Of a stretch of 64,000 bases of DNA, positions 34,201-46,500 are shown one piece after another. The position numbers and the translations under genes were made by a program. How positions within the stretch are numbered: the first letter of the stretch is position 1; each line of letters opens with the position of its first letter. The notes beneath the pieces were generated by a model, which ran no database searches, was not told where the DNA came from, and saw only the letters and a list, made by a program, of their open reading frames with translations. The stretch is from Zancudomyces culisetae HAW-14-8. Lineage: Eukaryota; Fungi; Kickxellomycota. Where the stretch lies: NCBI GenBank assembly GCA_052426225.1, contig JBNJNM010000013.1, positions 248,001 to 312,000 of the forward strand, written 5' to 3'.

Positions 34201-36116
34201 TGTTTTTCCATTTCCTTTAATTCATGCAATACCTGCTCTTGCTGCCTATGCGGTATCCGGTAAGGCCTGAGCTTGATAGGTGTCTCATCTTTTACCTGGA
34301 TACGATGTTCTATCACGCTAGTTTGAGTGAGCTCGGAAAGGTCGCTAACAAAGATGTTGTTATACTTATGGATTACACTTTCAAGCTCCACCTCCTGGCA
34401 CGATCCTCTTCCTACTGGTCCTTGCTTTAAGATAGCGTACAGTTCAGCTTTTTCATCTTCCATGTTCAAATCTGCGGATGTTTCTAGCCTTGTAACTACT
34501 TCCACGTTTTCGATTGGTATCCTTAGTTCAGGTACTTTAAGATTCAACGAAGCCTTATGTTGTAGTAACCAATCGGTTCCTAGGATAAGAGTATCGTCGT
34601 TTCTGGACATAACGATCAGATTTACTGGTAATATGAAGCTTGCAATCATTAACGGCACCTGCGACAACCTTCCTAGGGTGTTATGCCTCTTCCCATCCGC
34701 CGTCACTAATGTTAGCCCACTTTTACTATCCATGTCCAATCCCCAACCCTCCATTAGGTTGTAAGTAACAACGGAGCAAGCCGCCCCTGTATCCACCACT
34801 GCCCACAATTTTTGTCCGAATACTTGCACCATTATTCTGCAATTAGATGTTTTTCTTTCTTGAACTTGTATTTCGTTTAGTTCCATAACCTTGTCCTTTT
34901 TGAGGAAGCTCTTCAACTCTTCTGAGTATATTAGGGCATTCTCAATTAACTGTAAAGCATCAATTTTTGGGTAGACCTAACGCAACTCTTCGATAATGGA
35001 AAAGGTCTTGTTGGTGCCTTTCAACAGCTGGTAGTTTTTACCTCTTGAAATGTTTGATTCTAACCTATTCTCATCTCCCAGCGATTCATCCCCAACTTCC
35101 GCTGTCGGATGGGCCACACCACTCGTCTCTTCCGGTGTAGAGTGGACTCCCCTAGTGCGTGCGGTCCTGTACTTAGTAGGGCGTTGTTCTGTTGCACCAC
35201 TGGCTATGTCACTGTGCTTTCTTTTATCAATTGCATACACCTGTGCATCGTCTTCCACTGCACTATGATTCTCAATTACCTCAATATAATTTATGTTCTT
35301 TTGAATGTCTACCTTGCTACCATCGCTTGAACCGCTTTCTTTTATCTTCGGACACTCATACTTACGATGGCCTATTTCATTACACGAATGACATTTTACC
35401 ACAAAGGGCTGTACTCTTCTATTACTTGTAGCCGCTTCCTTAAGTTTTTGATCAACTACTTGCTCTACTTTTGTGATCAGACTCACACTCATTTCCTCGA
35501 ATCTTTTCATCATGTCACTGTACGCTACTGAGTTTTTTGCAATTTCCTTAACACTTTTCCCTTTTGATGCAGCGTTCGTGGTATAATCCTTCGCTTGAAC
35601 TTTAGAATCCTTGTGATCCCCTTTCTTTGGACTTACCACTGAGCCATCCTCAAACTTTGTGATTAATTCAATTACCTTATCCCACTCAGTTATGCTGTTT
35701 TCTTCAACTTTCTCTTTAAATTCTACTCTAAGTGTACTAACTAAAAAATCGAATCTGTTCCCAATATCTTTGATGTTAGCTTTATTTAGTAAATGATTCA
35801 ACTCCACTTCAAGTTCTTCTATACTATCAAATTCAGACTGTTTAATCGATCGCAACCGATTCCAAATTTTCTCCTTTGAATCTGTAGTACCATATTTTTC
35901 TTTGAATCTTTTGCTTAATTCCTCCCAGCTGGTAAATTTTACTTTGTTCTTCTTGAACCATATCTTTTCCTTGTTCCCTAAAAATAACTTCACAAGGTCA
36001 ATAAGGTCATCTTCCGGCCAACTATTCAACTTTGCGACCAGTTTGAAGTCCTCAATCCACTCTGCTGGATCTATCCCTTTTCCAGATTCAAATTGCTTTG
36101 GTGATGTTATAACCAT
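31263..36116 (-). pseudogene. Disrupted gag-pol of element F
   Basis: In-frame TAG at 34979-34977 where C, E and G have sense codons; integrase split at GIDAIG/PIAPIS by the solo LTR at 32158-32569. Confidence 0.9.
32158..32569. mobile_element. Nested solo LTR (412 bp) in the integrase of F, 5-bp TSD GCCCG
   Basis: TGTCAAGA...TCATGACA termini; GCCCG at 32153-32157 and 32570-32574. Confidence 0.92.
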
Positions 36117-36616
36117 TTTCTTTATCTCTCTATAATAGAATTATTATTTCCTAGTTGAATCCTTAAATGAAAATAATCTGAAGATTGTGGGTTCGAGTCC
36201 CACCGTGATCGCCACTGTCAGATACTAACGTTTTTATGCTAGTATCTCTTAAATGAAAATAATCTGAAGGACTTATAGGTCCCACCGTGATCGCCACTGT
36301 CAGATACTAACGTTTTTATGCTAGTATCTCTTATATTTAATACTACTATGCTAAATATAAAACTATGTTATTCTATTTTTAAATATTACTATGTTCTATT
36401 TCAGACCTAAGTTGTATATCTTTTTTCCTAAATTAACTATTTATTGTGTAACATTTATAAAAAACTAACTAAAAAACTCTTATATAAGATACTACTAAAA
36501 AATTATATTTAAAAACGAAATGTTATTAGAAAAAATCACTAGGATAAAAAAAACTAATGCATTTCGGATTCGTAACCAGTTACGAATCAATTGTCAATTT
36601 GCTATATGACATCTTG

Positions 36617-39600
36617 TGTTAAGTTTTGAACTTAATTGTTTACTTTGTCTTATTATTTGATATAATTCTATACTATAATATTTTATTACTATAAACTGTA
36701 TATACTATATTCTTATTTTTTTGAGTTCAAAGTTACTTTATTTGTGTTTTTCGGCAATGCCTTTTATCTCAGCTCATTTCGATAATAAAAATATTATAAT
36801 AAATTGACTAAGTTATAAATGATGGACAAAAACCACGAGGGGAAAAAGGTCCAATCTAATAATACTGCTAATCCTATAAAACCAATAATTAAAAACTATG
36901 TAAAATTTGTTCACGTCATATGATTATATGACAGAACCCCTGCTCCAGATTGGACCTACCATCCTAAATCTTTTTAGCTTTGACTTCAATGTTGTAGTAA
37001 CATCTGGTATCATCTCGTCCTTATAGTGGTAGTGTTTCAGTAGGTCCCCGTGTACGAGGTCTCGGTTACCATCACTGTCCGTTATAACATAGGTACCTAA
37101 CCTCAATTTTCTGTCGACACGGTATGGGCCTTCCCATAGCTGTTCGAACTTGCTCTGCGGTTGTTCCACTTTTTTGAGCACTAGATTACCCTCCTTAAAC
37201 TCGTACACTTGAACATTTCTATTGTACCTGATTCTTTCTTTCTCCTTAGTAGTTTTACTGTTCGTTAGCCCTGACCTCCTCAATGCAGGTAATTCCGACT
37301 TGATCGCTTCTACTCTTTCTTGTATGGCAATGTCCATATCCTCGACATCAGGCGGGGGTGTCCAAGTACTTGGAGTAGAAATTTTAGTGCCATATAGCAG
37401 CTCCGCGGGACTAAATTTTGTGGCATTATTCCTCATTGTTCTAATGGCCAGAAGGGACTTCCAGATGTACTGGTCCCAGTTCTCTTTATTTTTTCTACAT
37501 TGCTTGACTAGAGAGTTCTTAAGTGTTTGGTTCAACCGCTCTACCTGTCCATTGCTTTGGGGACGATAGGCTGTGGTTGGAGTGTGTCTGATCTCTAACT
37601 CTTGGTACAACTTTTCTGAAAGATTACTTATGAATCCTGCGCCTCTGTCTGTTATAACCTGAGCCGGAACACCAAAGTTCTGAACTATTTCTGTGATGAT
37701 AAAGTTAATAATGGTTTCTGTTTGAATATTACTTACTGCTATCGCTACTGGCCATTTTGTAAAGTAATCTATCCCCGTAAGAATAAATCTATTTCCGGCC
37801 TTCGATATAGGTGATATCGGCCCTATAGCATCAAGTCCAAATATTTCAAAGGGTCTTGGAGCCAATATGGGTTGGAGTCCTATCCTTTTTACTCGGCTTC
37901 CTTTAAATAATTGACAGCTCTCGCATTGGTTTACTACAGCTTTTACTGTATCAAATAATCTATTCCCTGTAAATTTTTCTTTAACTTTTAGCCATGTGTT
38001 TGTCATTCCTTCATGTCCTTCCTCATGTATTAGTTTTATTTCGTTGTAGACATTACGTTCGTGAAGTACTTCCTTTTTATTACCCTTTACTATTCTTACT
38101 AGCTTATCACCTTGCAACTTGTATTTACGGCTTTTGTCTCTTAATCTTTTTCTGAAACTCTCGTCTGCATTATTAGGATAGTTATAACTTCTTAAATATT
38201 CCTTTATCGCTTCATAATAAAGAAAATCCATAGCAAGAACGTCGATAGTCTCTTCCTTCTTAGGTATGTTATCAGTTTCTAACCTTGACAGCGCGTCGGC
38301 GGGATTGTTCTTTCCTTGGCAATGTACTATGGTGTAATTGTAATTCCTTAGAATCATTGCCCAACGGGCAACTCTTCCAGTGATCTCTGTTCCGTCGAAT
38401 AGCTGGAGAAGTGATTTATGGTCGGTTCTGATAGTAAAGTGACGACCCCATAGATAGTATTTAAACTTTTTGATTGACCACACTAGTGCTAACCCTTCCA
38501 AATGAGTCACACTGTAATTCTTTTCATGTTTATTGGTGGTACGACTGATGTAGCATATGGGCTTTTCTTCATTGTTCTTTAACTGAGACAAAATTCCACC
38601 AATACCTTTGTAAGATGCATCAGTAGTTAATATAAACTCTTGTTCCCAATCGGGATGGGTTAGAGTCGGGGGTGAGCAGAGTGCGTTCTTTAGCTTCTCA
38701 AACGCCATTTCCATTTCGTCGTCCCAAGTCCACTTCGAATTCTTTTTTAATAATTTTAATAGAGGTACTGTTGTTAATGCATATTCCTTAACAAACTTAC
38801 GATAGTAGCCAGTCAAGCCTAAGAATGATTGTAGCTCTTTTACTGACGTAGGTCGCATAAACTTCTGTATTGCTTCTATCTTAGCTGGACTTGTTTCAAT
38901 CCCCTCTTCAGTTAAGACGTGTCCCAGATACTCTATCCTCCTCATTCCCAAGTAGGTCTTATTTCTGTGCAGTTGAACCTTGTTGCTTTTCAATAGATCA
39001 AATACTTGCCTTAGGTCTTCTACATGCGTGTCTAAGGATTTTGAAAAGACGATGATGTCGTCTATAAAAACTACGGCAGATTTCCACAGGACAGGCTCCA
39101 ATGTTTTTTCCATGAGCCGCTGAAATGAAGCTGGGCTATTAGTAAGCCCAAATGGCATTACGTTATAGCAGTAGCTTCCACTGCCCGGTATGGAGAAGGC
39201 AGTTTTCTCCCTATCTTTTTCCGCCATTTTTATCTGCCAAAATCCGTTGAGGGCATCTAACGTGCTGAACACGATAGATCCGGATAATGACATGAATATA
39301 TCGTCTATTGTAGGGAGCGGGTATACATCCTTCTTAGTTACTTGGTTTAATCGCCGGTAATCGGCACAGATCCTCAGCTTCCCATTCTTTTTCCAGACGG
39401 TTACTACAGGGGAGCACCATTCTGACGCGCAGGGTGAGATTATTTTGTTTTCCTCCATTACTTTCAGTTCACTTCTAACTTTTTGTTGGAGATGGTATGG
39501 TATGCGATAAGGGCGCTGCTTAATCGCTTTACCATCTGTCAGCTCTATGGTGTGTTCAACCACGTCCGTCTGTGTTAGTTCTTCTAAGTCCTCTACAAAC

Positions 39601-41662
39601 AGATCATTATACTCCTCTCTCAATCTGTCAAATCTAACGTCGTCATATTTATCTTGCACCTCAGCCTCAATACTATCTAGCTTAGCCATCAGGTATATCT
39701 CGGAATAGTTTTGAGCCGAGCTATCACTGTATGAGTTTGTGTATATAGGAACTACCAGCTCTGCGCTCGTCAATGGTATTTTTACCGATCTAGTTTGTAG
39801 GTCGATAATTACCTTGTATCTCTGTAAGAAGTCAGTACCCAAGATCAGTGTGTTGTCCATACGATCCATTATAGTCATGTCCGTGGGGAACTCCATTCCC
39901 CCTATTTCCAATGGCACTCCTATTATCTTTCCTCTGGTCAAATGCTTCTTTCCATCTGCTGTTATAATAATCTGATTTTCATCCGGTTCTGACATCAAAC
40001 CCCATTCTTCAATTAGGTCAGGTGTGGCTACCGAGCAAACGGCACCCGTATCTACGATTGTTATTACTTCACTACCAAACACTGAGGCTCGAATTTTACA
40101 ATTAGATTGTTTCGGCTCTTCCATGTATAACTCGTTAATTTCATTTTTCTTTACTTTTTTGTTTAACATGGACAACTCATTGGATAACTTTGGTGACACT
40201 TCAAGTAGTTGTGGAAGTGAGATGTGTGGATAGAAGGTGGCTAGCTCTTCATTTAACGAGAATGGTTTTACGTTTTCCGCCATCTTCAATGGTGCTGAAA
40301 TTTTAGCTGGCTGTTTCTTTGGTTCTGACATAGGCATATCCTCTTGGACCTCCATTTTAATCTGTGTCAGATGCGGTGCCTTTACATGTTCTTGGCGTGC
40401 TTGTGTTGCCTTGTATGGATTGGCTCTGACCTCTGGGCTCTTTCGGCGTTGAACGGCCAACACTTCACTGGTTTCTGATTCCATTCTTTCTGTTTCTAGT
40501 ACGTTTACACCGCGGTCCTGAGGGGGTGATTGGTTCCTGTATTGGCTGGGGTTCGCCTTACATTCATGTCGCTTGTGTCCTAACTTCTGGCAGTTAAAAC
40601 ATCTCACCGGCCTCGGTACGTACCTATGTCTCGGGTTTCCTGTGTTTTGTACGGACTTCATCCGCCTTTCTACAGCTTCGTCTACTTTGGAGAGTATGTT
40701 AACACTCCACTCTTCCATCTTGTTAAGCATGTCCTGATATCCTATACTTCCTGTTGTGTTTTCTCCAGTGCGCCTACCCAATCCTGAATGCTCCTCACGT
40801 TGCGCTGCCTCCAATTCTGACCTCCAAGATGTATTCTGCACCTTGGTTCTCTCGTTTTCCATTATCCAATTGATTACCTCATCCCATTCGGATAGTTTTC
40901 CTTCTCTTACCTTGATCTTATATTCTGGCCTTAAAGAACTAACAAGCCAATTGAATTTGGCTGTTTCATCTTCCACATTAGCGTCTCTCAGGGATACTTC
41001 CAATGCATACTCTAGCTCCTCAATTGAACTATAGTTTTCTTGTTTTATTTCTTTTAATTTATCGTAACTCAAGTACCCCTGATTTTCCTTGCTGAACTTG
41101 TCCCTAAACTTCACTGTAAAGGTTGTCCAGTCGGTAAATTTATCCAAGTTCTTCTTATACCAAATGAGTTCTCTTCTACCTAACTTTAACTGAATTAGGT
41201 CTATCCAATCTGACTCATCCCACTTATTTAACTTGGCTAGTAACCTAAACTGGTTTAACCATTCCATAGGTTCAATATCACTTGACTCTTCAAATCTTTA
41301 AATACTATCCATTTTCTATCAATTGGGTCCTGGCTGGATCACCACTGTAAAGTTTTGAACTTAATTGTTTACTTTGTCTTATTATTTGATATAATTCTAT
41401 ACTATAATATTTTATTACTATAAACTGTATATACTATATTCTTATTTTTTTGAGTTCAAAGTTACTTTATTTGTGTTTTTCGGCAATGCCTTTTATCTCA
41501 GCTCATTTCGATAATAAAAATATTATAATAAATTGACTAAGTTATAAATGATGGACAAAAACCACGAGGGGAAAAAGGTCCAATCTAATAATACTGCTAA
41601 TCCTATAAAACCAATAATTAAAAACTATGTAAAATTTGTTCACGTCATATGATTATATGACA
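36617..41662 (-). mobile_element. Ty3/Gypsy element G; 317-bp LTRs 36617-36933 and 41346-41662; TSD CTTG
   Basis: One LTR mismatch seen; PBS TGGTGATCCAGCCAGGAC (41327-41344); ORF ends inside the 3' LTR. Confidence 0.96.
36924..41312 (-). CDS. Gag-Pol polyprotein of element G with a nonsense codon at codon 5 (open from ATG 41267)
   Basis: MDSI*RFEESSDIEPMEW aligns with E (MKDIRVFESGNGSDPQEW); the rest has CCHC, DTGA, FIDD, TDAS and integrase. Confidence 0.88.
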
Positions 41663-41666
41663 CTTG

Positions 41667-42072
41667 TGTAATATTATTATAAATATGTTTGCCTTTTTAG
41701 GGGCTTTGTACTCAACTCCGAACTCTATCGCACTTGTATAGTTTTTATCCTACACCCTTGCTAATAGTTCGTTTTATGAAGTTAGTACAGTCGTAATTTT
41801 TGTATATCTTATTTTTGTTTTATTTTTATTTTCTTCTTCAAAACTGTGTATAAATTATATATATCTTTTGTTATCTCTAAAACTAATTATAAAACTTTTC
41901 CTGATAACGACTAACCTGTTATCAAGGATAGAAATTGGATATAACCCTCCATAGGGAGAAAAGTCCAATCTCCAATGAAATAAATATGATAAAATAAATA
42001 TGATAAACTAAATATGATAAATAAACTGCCAATCAAAGCTAGAAGGTATGAACTATCATTAATTATATGACA
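41667..42072. mobile_element. Solo LTR H (406 bp), TSD CTTG
   Basis: TGTAATAT...ATATGACA termini; CTTG on both sides. Confidence 0.9.
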
Positions 42073-43208
42073 CTTGTGTTGTGTAAAAGTTTGGTTTACT
42101 GGTTCGGCACGTATAGCGACACGTTGCCGAACAATTAATGATTGTCGCTGAATCTGATTGTTGAAGGTGCTCGTACAAGCATTTTCTCCATTGTGGTTTT
42201 TGCTTGTATACAACAATTAGATTCGTATTTACTATTATTATTATATTTACTTTAACATGGATTATATTTAGTTTTAAACTCTTATATACAGCGTTAGAGG
42301 ACACAAGGTACCTCGTCGGATTTTTCTCTTCACATAGCGAATTAGTTCTTTATTTATAAATTAAATAAATAGTAATATATCATAAAGTGAACGGTCCTGA
42401 ACCAAAACATTAGTATATCAGCGTCGTTGCACTGATATATATAAATAAATAATAAAACTTGAAAATTTATGCAACAGAATATGGTGATCCAGCCAGGACA
42501 CTAGCTTTTATGATCTTTTTTATAGTGATTTATATATAATGACAATTCCAAAAAAGGAGGTTAAGAGCACTGACGGTGCTATCGAAACTAAAACAAAACT
42601 TAATAGTAATAATCAAAATGAATGTACTGCAGTGCTACCAGCTAAACGAGTAGCTAGCACAAGACTTGAACCAGAAAAATTTAATTCAGAATCAGGAGAA
42701 GATGCCTTGAAGTGGTTGAAAAGGCATAATCTTTTTGCAATGCACAGTGGATGGAGCGAGGTTGAAACAGTAGAAATATTGGAGTATTACTTGGAGGGTA
42801 AAGCACGATTATGGTTTGAATGTAATGAAGAGAAGTTCAAATCTTGGAAAGAGCTAAAAGAAATGTTTGCCAATAAGTTTGCGGGAAAACAGCAAGAGTA
42901 TAGTGCTTGGAATAGTTTAAAAGTGCTGAAGCAGGAACCAGGAGAAGACATCGATATGTTATCATATCGGTTGGAAAAGTTGGCAAAGGATGCCAAAATA
43001 AAAGATGAGCAATTAAAAATTAAATACCTGTCAGGAAACTAATTTATTTAAGTTGGGAAACTTAATGTTCCCAAGTTAGGATTCAAAGGTAGTTAAATAT
43101 GATTAAAAATAAATAATAAAACTTATGGGTAAATAATGCGATTCTGACATTATCCCCCCTTCAAAGAATATTTTAAATATATAAAAATAATATCTTGGAC
43201 AAAAATGT

Positions 43209-43475
43209 GAGCTTATAGTCGAGTGGCTAAGGCGTCGAACTTGTATTCTGCAGGACCCTGGTTCGATCCTTCGCTGTAAGACCGTAATTGGGAAGTAATT
43301 AGCTGTAGAGTGGATGTGATGTTTCACGGGGCCAATGTGCGCGATAACGTCCTTCGGGACTAGTACCGGACCGTTTCACCTCTCCGATAACTCCTTCGGG
43401 ATCTCGAGCAGTTAATTCGAATCACGTGATCGTGTGGCCCAAGACGTTAGCGCCCTCCTAAGTTCATTTTTTTTT
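43209..43475 (+). ncRNA. Putative Pol III transcript with tRNA-like head and structured body, antisense in the 3' UTR of K
   Basis: TATATAAAAA at 43178, A box TAGTCGAGTGG 43216-43226, B box GGTTCGATCC 43260-43269, two C(TTCG)G hairpins, first T>=4 run is T9 at 43467. Confidence 0.65.
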
Positions 43476-43589
43476 ATTTTTTCTTTTATAATTTTTTATG
43501 CTTTTTAGTTGTTTTTAGGTTGTTTTTATAGTTGTTTTGATAAGTATTTAGGTATAATATTGGTTAATTAATATAATATAATGTTGCTC

Positions 43590-46500
43590 TTATGGTTTGT
43601 TGTGATATGTCTTATAGTATTTTTTCAATAGTTGAGGCGCGTTTATGTTTTCAATCGGCTCCCAGCTTCTTTCACTTATGTCAAAGCCTTTCCAATCAAC
43701 CAAGTAATATTTTTTACCCCTAACAAGCTTAGAATCCAAAATAGCCTTAACTTCATATTCTTTATTTCCATTTATAATTACAGGTGGAGGAAGACTGTTT
43801 AATAATCTGCGGTTACTGCTGGGTTCGATATACGGTTCCAATAACGAGACATGAAAAGTGTTATGGATTTTCATTGTTGGCGGGAGGTCTAAACGGACAG
43901 AAACAGGATTGATAATTTTAGAGATGGTGAAAGGGCCTAGAAGTCTGTGGTCAAGCTTTTTAGAAGGCCTTTGAGTTTTGATATTTTGGCTGGATAGCCA
44001 AACCTTGTCACCTAGTTTATACTTTGGATGTTCAGATCGGTTTACATCAGCATACTTTTTATATTCCTGAGATTTCTTGTTAAGTATGGAAGTGAGGGCT
44101 GATTGAAGTTCTTTGAGTTGTTTTATCCTATCAGAAGCGCTGGGGACGTGAACGTTTTTAGTGATTTGAGGATCAAATCTTGGATGGTAACCATATAGAG
44201 CAAAGAAAGGAGAAGTATTAGTGCTGGAGTGGAGAGTGTTGTTATAAGCAAATTCGGCAATTGGGAGCAGTTCAAACCAATTATCTTGCTGATAGTTGAT
44301 GAAACAGCGTAGATACTGTTCCAATGTTTGATTCACCCGCTCCGTTTGACCGTCTGTCTCTGGATGGAAGGCTGTAGACATTCTAGTATCAACTTTGAGC
44401 AGTTTGAATAGTGAACTCCAAAATTTGGACGAGAATTGGGTTCCACGGTCTGAGATTATGACGTCTGGAAGTCCATGAAGCTTGAATACGTGGGTAAAGA
44501 AGGCGGAGGCAGTTTCTTCTGAGGATGGCAGCTTCTTAAGCGGGATGAAATGGCTCATTTTAGTGAACCTGTCTACAACTACCATAATAGTAGTGTGCTT
44601 GTTGGATGGAGGAAGATCAGTTATGAAATCCATGGTGATAGATTTCCATGGGCCTGAGGGAGCGGGTAGCGGAAGTAGTTTACCGTAAACTTTGTGTCTT
44701 CTGTCCTTTGATCTATTGCATGTATCACAGGTTTGAACAAACTCTTTAATAAATTTGCGCATTCCTGGAAACCAAAAGTCTCGTTCCACGAGCTCCAATG
44801 TCTTCTTAGCACCAAAATGGCCGGCTGGGCCACTGTCATGTCTAGAACTTACAACTTGCGGCTTCATTTTGTCGGGGACGACAACACGGTTTCCAAGCAT
44901 TACAATCCCATCTTCAACTTCTACTGGCTCGTTAGACTTATGGCTGCTCTGGTATCTTGCGGCATCCAATAATCCTTCTAGATGGGCTTTGCTGGATTTG
45001 GCGATTTCTTGAGCAAAATCACTGTCCACTATGCTGATAGTGTCTATGAAGTGGTCTTCACCTATGATGTTGTTGTTGGCGACCTTATCAGGTGTGTGAT
45101 TGGGCAAACGAGAAAGAGCGTCAGGTTTGCCTCCTTGAGATCCAGGCCTGTAGGTTATGATGAAGCTGAATCTACTGAGATCAAGAGACCACCTTGCGTG
45201 TCTTCTGTTGAGTGACTTCAGATTTTTAAAGGTCTCCAGATTCTTATGATCTGTAAGAATCTTGAACGGGATGGAGGAGCCTTCCAGATGATGTCGCCAT
45301 TCTTTGAGAGCCTTGATGATTGCCAAAAGTTCCTTGTCATAGATATTATAGTTGGATTCGGCAGTGTTGAGTTTGTAAGAGTAGTAGGCACAAGGACGGA
45401 GATCACCGTTTTCATCTTCTTGGGACAGAGCAGCCCCAATGGCGTAGTCTGAGGCGTCAGTTTCCAGAATAAACTGTTTTCCTGGGTCAGGGTATCTGAG
45501 AACGGGGGAAGTGGTGAGATCCTGGATAAGAGTATTAAAGGCTTCACCTGCCTCCTTACTCCAAACGAACGGTGTATCCTTTTTCAGAAGTCTTGTGATT
45601 GGCAGGGCTTTCAGTGAGAAGTATGGGATAAACTTTCGGTAGTAATTGGCAAAACCGAGAAACTTCTGGACCTCCTTGACATTGGTGGGTGGTAGCCATT
45701 CCTTTACACACTTGACTTTAGCAGGATCGGTGGCTATTCCATCTGAAGACACAACATGGCCTAGAAATTCAACTTCCCTGATATGGAAGTGACATTTTTC
45801 GGCGTTACAGTACAGACCATTTTCAAGCAGCTTTTTCAGAACAGATTTCACATGATTGATGTGAGTGTCAGTGTCATTGGAAAATATAAAGATGTCGTCA
45901 AGGTATGCAATTGCATAGAGATCCAATACATCTCGTAACACATCATTGATAAAGTGCTGAAAGGTAGCGGGAGCATTTGTCAAGCCAAATGGCATGACCT
46001 GGTACTCAAAGTGGCCATATCTGCACCTAAATGCAGTTTTCCACTCGTCACCTTCCTTGATCCGCACTAAGTTGTAGGCACCTTTGAGATCCAATTTTGT
46101 AAAGACCTTGGCTGTACGCAGCCGATCGAACGCCTCATCAATCCTAGGTAATGGGTACCTATTCTTGATGGTAGCTTCGTTCAATCGGCGGTAGTCAACA
46201 CAAAGGCGCAAGTCTCCAGACTTCTTCTTTACAAACATGATTGGTGCACCAGCAGGGGAGACAGAGCGTCTGATGAAGCCATTGGTGAGGTTTTCGCGGA
46301 TGTAACCTCTTAGAGACTCTAACTCTACTTCAGATAGCGGGTATATTGGCCCCCAGTATGGGGTGTAACCCTCTTTGGTGTTGACAGGACAGTCATAACG
46401 GCGGTGAGGAGGAAGTGAGACGGCAGACTTGGGATTGAACACTTCCTTGAATTCAGAGTATATTACTGGAAGTTGCGGGAATTCTTCCAAGTACTCTAGC

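Larger units (their letters stand above)
30856..36611 (-). mobile_element. Ty3/Gypsy element F; 396-bp compound LTRs 30856-31251 and 36216-36611; TSD TCTT
   Basis: One LTR mismatch seen; each LTR contains an 82-bp U5/PBS duplication; PPT AAAAGGGGGGAG. Confidence 0.96.

Noticed and set aside
34977-34979. Programmed read-through stop between gag and pol of F
   Set aside because: C, E, G and I have sense codons at the homologous position; a nonsense mutation is simpler.
43290-43460. Hammerhead ribozyme in the K ncRNA (GAAAC twice on the minus strand)
   Set aside because: No CUGANGA core found on either strand.
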